A stretch of DNA of 64,000 bases from Phaeosaccion multiseriatum (Eukaryota > Protista > Ochrophyta, other classes), in the NCBI GenBank assembly GCA_965112735.1, contig OZ218958.1:2170001-2234000 (forward strand), read 5' to 3'. The notes beneath the pieces were generated by a model that saw only the letters and a list, made by a program, of their open reading frames with translations, ran no database searches and was not told where the DNA came from. This document shows, in pieces, positions 60,201-64,000 of the stretch. Numbering within the stretch: position 1 is the first letter of the stretch; every line of letters starts with the position of its first letter. The translations under genes were made by a program, and so were the position numbers.

Positions 60201-63200
60201 ACTCGGCTCAACCCCCACCCCACCCACCCCACCCCCGCCCTTCCACAGGAGTTGTACTGGGAGAACGAAGACCCCGCCTCCACCGTGTCCTTAGTGCCCA
60301 CGTCCGCCATCACCGGGGAGGGTGTGCCGGACATCCTCATGTGGCTGGTGCAGCTCACGCAGGAGAGGCTGTGCAAGAAGCTCATGTTTATGCCCTCCTT
60401 CCTGCAGTGCACCGTGCTGGAGGTCAAGGTCATTGAAGGTACGTGGATGCGTTGGTGCTCCGGCCTGTCTGTGGGGGTGTCTGTCTTCGTGCCTGTGATC
60501 TGTGGGGCTGTGGGTCCGTCTTTCTTTTTCTCTCTCTTACTCACTTTCTTTCGATTTCTTTCTCTCTCTCTCTCTCTGTCCCTCTCTGCTCAGGCTTGGG
60601 CACAACTGTGGATCTGATCATCGTCAACGGAAAGCTCCGCGAGGGAGACACCATCGTGGCGTGCACTCTCGACGGTGAGTGCCAACACACAGGGCCAACA
60701 CACAGTGCCAACACACAGTGCCAACACACAGGGCCAACACACAGTGCCAACACACACACAGTGTAAACACACAGTGCCAACACACACACAGTGCAAACAC
60801 AGAGAGAGGGCCAGAGAGAGAGGGCCACCCCACCACACGGGCACAGCCACACGCAACACATGCACCGCCCGAAACTATGCGCCCTCTCTCTGAAACTGAA
60901 AGTGCAAACTGCAACTCCCCCTTCCGTGCCCGTGCCCTGCCCCCCACACACACATCCTCCAGGCCCTGTGGTGTCGACCATCCGTGCTTGCCTGACGCCC
61001 CCCCCCGGCCGCGAGATGCGCGTCAAGGCGGACTACATCCACCACAAGGAGATCTCGGGGGCCATGGGTGTCAAGATATGCGCCAACGGCATTGAGAACG
61101 TGGTGGCAGGCACTCCCATCATGGTGGTGGGGCCTGATGATGATGAGAGTGACATCAAGGAGGAGGTGAGCAGTGGATGAGTGGGGGCAGGTTGGGGGGT
61201 TGGGGGGGAAAGCGTGAAGGGTCACACGATGGGATGAGGAGGCACGCTGCCACATGTTCTGCGTCGTCGACTCAAAGCGTCTACCTACTCTTACCTTTCG
61301 TTCCCCTCCCCCCTCCTCTCCGTCCTCCTCCTCTGGCCTGCCATGGCAATCCATCTGTGATCCCTGCAGGTGATGAAGGATATGACCATGGTCATGAAGC
61401 TCGACGTTGAGAAGACTGGCGTGCTTGTGCAGGTAGGCGGCGGGAGGGGGACGTGGAGGTGGAGGTGTCGGCTTCGTCTGCTTCGTCTGCTTCATCTGCT
61501 TCGTTTGCTTCCGCCTGCTTTGTCTCTCCTCTGTCACCCCCGTCCTGCTGTCCGTCTGCTTTTGTCTCTCCCCCGTGTCCCCCTCTGTCTGCTTGTGTCT
61601 CTTGCTCCGCTCACACACACGCGAGCGAGCAAGCGTGGTGGGACGGAGGGAAGTTATGCTCACTCATGTGCACACAGAAGCACGCACGCACACACGCACA
61701 CACGCACACACTCCCCCGCTGACTCTGTGTACACGCACCACGCACCCCCCCCCCCCTCTTCTCTGCTGTGCCCCCCCCTCAGGCGTCTACTCTGGGCGCT
61801 CTGGAGGCTTTGATGCAGTTCCTGCGCAAGGAGTGCGACCCGCCAATCCCCGTGAGCGGAGTGGGCATTGGACCCATCTTCCGCAGGGACGTGATGCGAG
61901 CAGGCATCATGGCCGAGAAGGGACACCCTGAGTACGCAACCATCCTCGCCTTTGATGTGCGCATCGACTCAGACGCCAGGTGAGTGGGGTGGGTGTGTTT
62001 GTGTGTGTGGGTGTGTGGGGGGGTTGGGTCGGTGGGTGGGTGGGTGGGTCGGTGGGTGGGTGGGTGGGTGGGTGGGTGGGTCGGTGGGTGGGTAGGTGGG
62101 TGGGTGGGTGGGTGGGTCGGTGGTTGGGGCTGGGTCGGGGCTGGGTCGGGGCTGGGCGGAGGAGGGGGGAGGAGAGTTAGGAATAGCCCTATGCTTGGCA
62201 TGACGAGCTTTACATCACTCTCGAAGGGGAGGTAGACAGAGGTAGCCCTCGCTCTGTCACTGTTTGGTTTGTTTTGTGTATTAATTGATTCGCTCTGCTC
62301 TGCCCATATACCCCCACCTGCCCCGCCCCACCCCCCCACCCGCCCTGCCCATACACCTCTACTCTGCCCTGCCCAGCACGTACGCCAACGAGAACAATGT
62401 GCGCATCTTCACGGCGGACATCATCTACCACCTCTTCGACCAGGTAGGGGGGTGAGGAGAGAGGGGAGGGAGGAGGGGAGAGGGAAGGGAGAGGAGGGGA
62501 GAGAAGAGGAGAGGAGAGGGGGGGAGAAGAGGGAAGAGGAGGGGAGAGAGGAGGAGAGGGGAGGGGAGGGAGAGGAGAGGGGAGGAAGGGGAAGGGAAGA
62601 TGGGAGCAGCTGAAGCCATGCTATAGATCTTGTCAGCGGCCGCCCCCTTCCCCTCTCGCATCACTCATGCCCTCGATGTCTGGTGTCTGTTGCCTGCGAA
62701 ACCCCTCCGCCGTCCACTGCCATCTTTCCAGTTCACGGCCTACATGGACGGCTTGATGGAGGGGCGGAGGGCTGACGCGGTCAACACGGCGGTGTTCCCG
62801 TGTATCGCCAAGGCGCTACCCGAGTTTGTGTTCAACAAGCAGGACCCCATCATTATGGTGAGTCAGTGATGAGTCAGTGGGGCAGTCAGAGGGCAAGGAG
62901 AGGCAGTGGGCAAGTCAGAGGGAGGACAGGGAGGCAGGCAGTGAGTGGGGTAGGCATTCGCTGGCGTTCCCTTCCTCTCTCCCTTCCTTCCGTGGCAAGG
63001 CCGCAGCAGTGCAGTGCGCCGACTGAAATATATGCAGAAATTGCAAGCGCACCTCAGTCATGTGCCCTTTGTGCGTTTCTTCCCCACCCCACCTCCTCCT
63101 TCCCTTGCCTGTAGGGCATGGAGGTGATTGAAGGCACGCTGCGAGTGGGCACCCCTCTCTGTATACCCAAGCTGGACGGGCTGGAGATTGGTCGAGTGGC

Positions 63201-63583
63201 GTCCATCGAGGTGAACAGCAAGCCCACCGACAAGCTCGCCAAGGGAGCGCAGGGGGCGGTGCGTATCGAGGACGCCAAGGGGGGCTCCACTCTGTGCTTC
63301 GGTAAGCAGTTCGATGACAAGAGCGGGGCCATCTACAGCTCCATCACCAGGGCCTCTATCGATGCACTCAAGCTCAACTTCAGGAGCCAGGTGGGTGGGT
63401 GGATGAGTGGGTGGGTGGGTAGGTGGGTGGGTGGGTAGGTGCGTGGGTGCGTGGGTAGGTGGGTGGGGGAGAGAGTGGGTGTGGTCGGGTGTGGGTGTGG
63501 GTGAGGGTGAGGGGGGGGGGGTTGGGCTTGTTTTCGGTGTAAACTCAGGACACGAGGACCAACTAACACATGGACGGCTTCCT

Positions 63584-63627
<44 letters not shown>

Positions 63628-63715
63628 ACACACGTACACACACACGCACATACAGGTGACGCAAGATGACATGAGGCTTCTGGTGCAGCTCAAGAAGGTC
63701 TTCAACATCCCCTAG
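55038..63715 (+). CDS. EIF5B: Eukaryotic translation initiation factor 5B (about 20 exons)
   Basis: [95 protein letters not shown] and SRASIDALK-like segments. Confidence 0.96.
59983..60162. repeat. About 60-unit perfect (CCT)n microsatellite in an eIF5B intron
   Basis: Direct reading. Confidence 0.95.
60678..60800. repeat. Intronic minisatellite of ~13-bp units (GCCAACACACAGT variants)
   Basis: Repeated GTGCCAACACACA/GGGCCAACACACA units begin at the splice donor. Confidence 0.85.
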
Positions 63716-64000
63716 TGGTGCCAATACTATGGTGTCGTTGATGTGGTGCCGTTCATGTAGAAGAGATCGATTATTGGTTAAGGTCTAATGAATGAACTGA
63801 TGACCTGCCCGGCGGCTGCTGCTGCTGCTTAGAGCAGGTGCCGTGTGCAGGGGGGTGCAGGGGCTGCTAGAGGAGAGGAGAGAGGCGTGGAATAGAAAGA
63901 CTGGACTGACTCTGTGGGAAAGGAAGGAAGGAGGAAAGGGGGGGCGAAAGGGCGGATCGAAGAAGCATCTATGGAGAGAGCGTCTGTCGTTGAAAGTTCT

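Noticed and set aside
59565-60617. PolyP/polyR/polyS ORFs
   Set aside because: They come from the (CCT)n tract within an eIF5B intron.
1-64000. Introner-type repeated introns; autonomous transposase or retroelement
   Set aside because: Introns share only simple repeats, and no DDE, RT or integrase motifs were recognised in any ORF by eye.

Overview
Gene-dense, intron-rich, GC-rich eukaryotic nuclear DNA. It is inferred to come from a photosynthetic stramenopile (ochrophyte), based on signal-peptide + 'AF/GF' bipartite plastid presequences on cyclophilin, TatB and ClpP, a type III metacaspase and a double-bZIP factor. About 24 protein genes were assembled by hand from splice sites and protein motifs. 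They include BARD1/BRCA1-like, DnaJ-lectin, R2R3-MYB, metacaspase, ZNF598/Hel2, KH, FHA, cyclophilin, HD hydrolase, cyclin, LSm3, HAD-like, raffinose synthase/GH36, DDHD phospholipase, PIG-C, TatB, TPR-methyltransferase, CCDC22, bZIP, ClpP, NSE2 and eIF5B. No rRNA, tRNA or CRISPR array was seen. The strongest unexplained signals are non-coding. (1) Two different miniature inverted-repeat elements (14171-14312 and 46427-46713) both end 5'-TCG...CGA-3' and have perfect 6-bp target-site duplications. Both are built from the same internal module (a doubled heptamer + GCCGGCTGGCGCCGGC), but the heptamer differs between them. Each lies about 115-120 bp upstream of a start codon, and decayed copies sit in other promoters. 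(2) A 16-mer, GCAGTTGGTGATACAG, recurs at CAG triplets in unrelated genes, on both strands, in exons and an intron. Also notable are a secretory J-protein fused to a bulb-type lectin fold, four GC-AG introns and extremely short intergenic distances. Gene ends and exon boundaries were read by eye and need RNA-seq confirmation.
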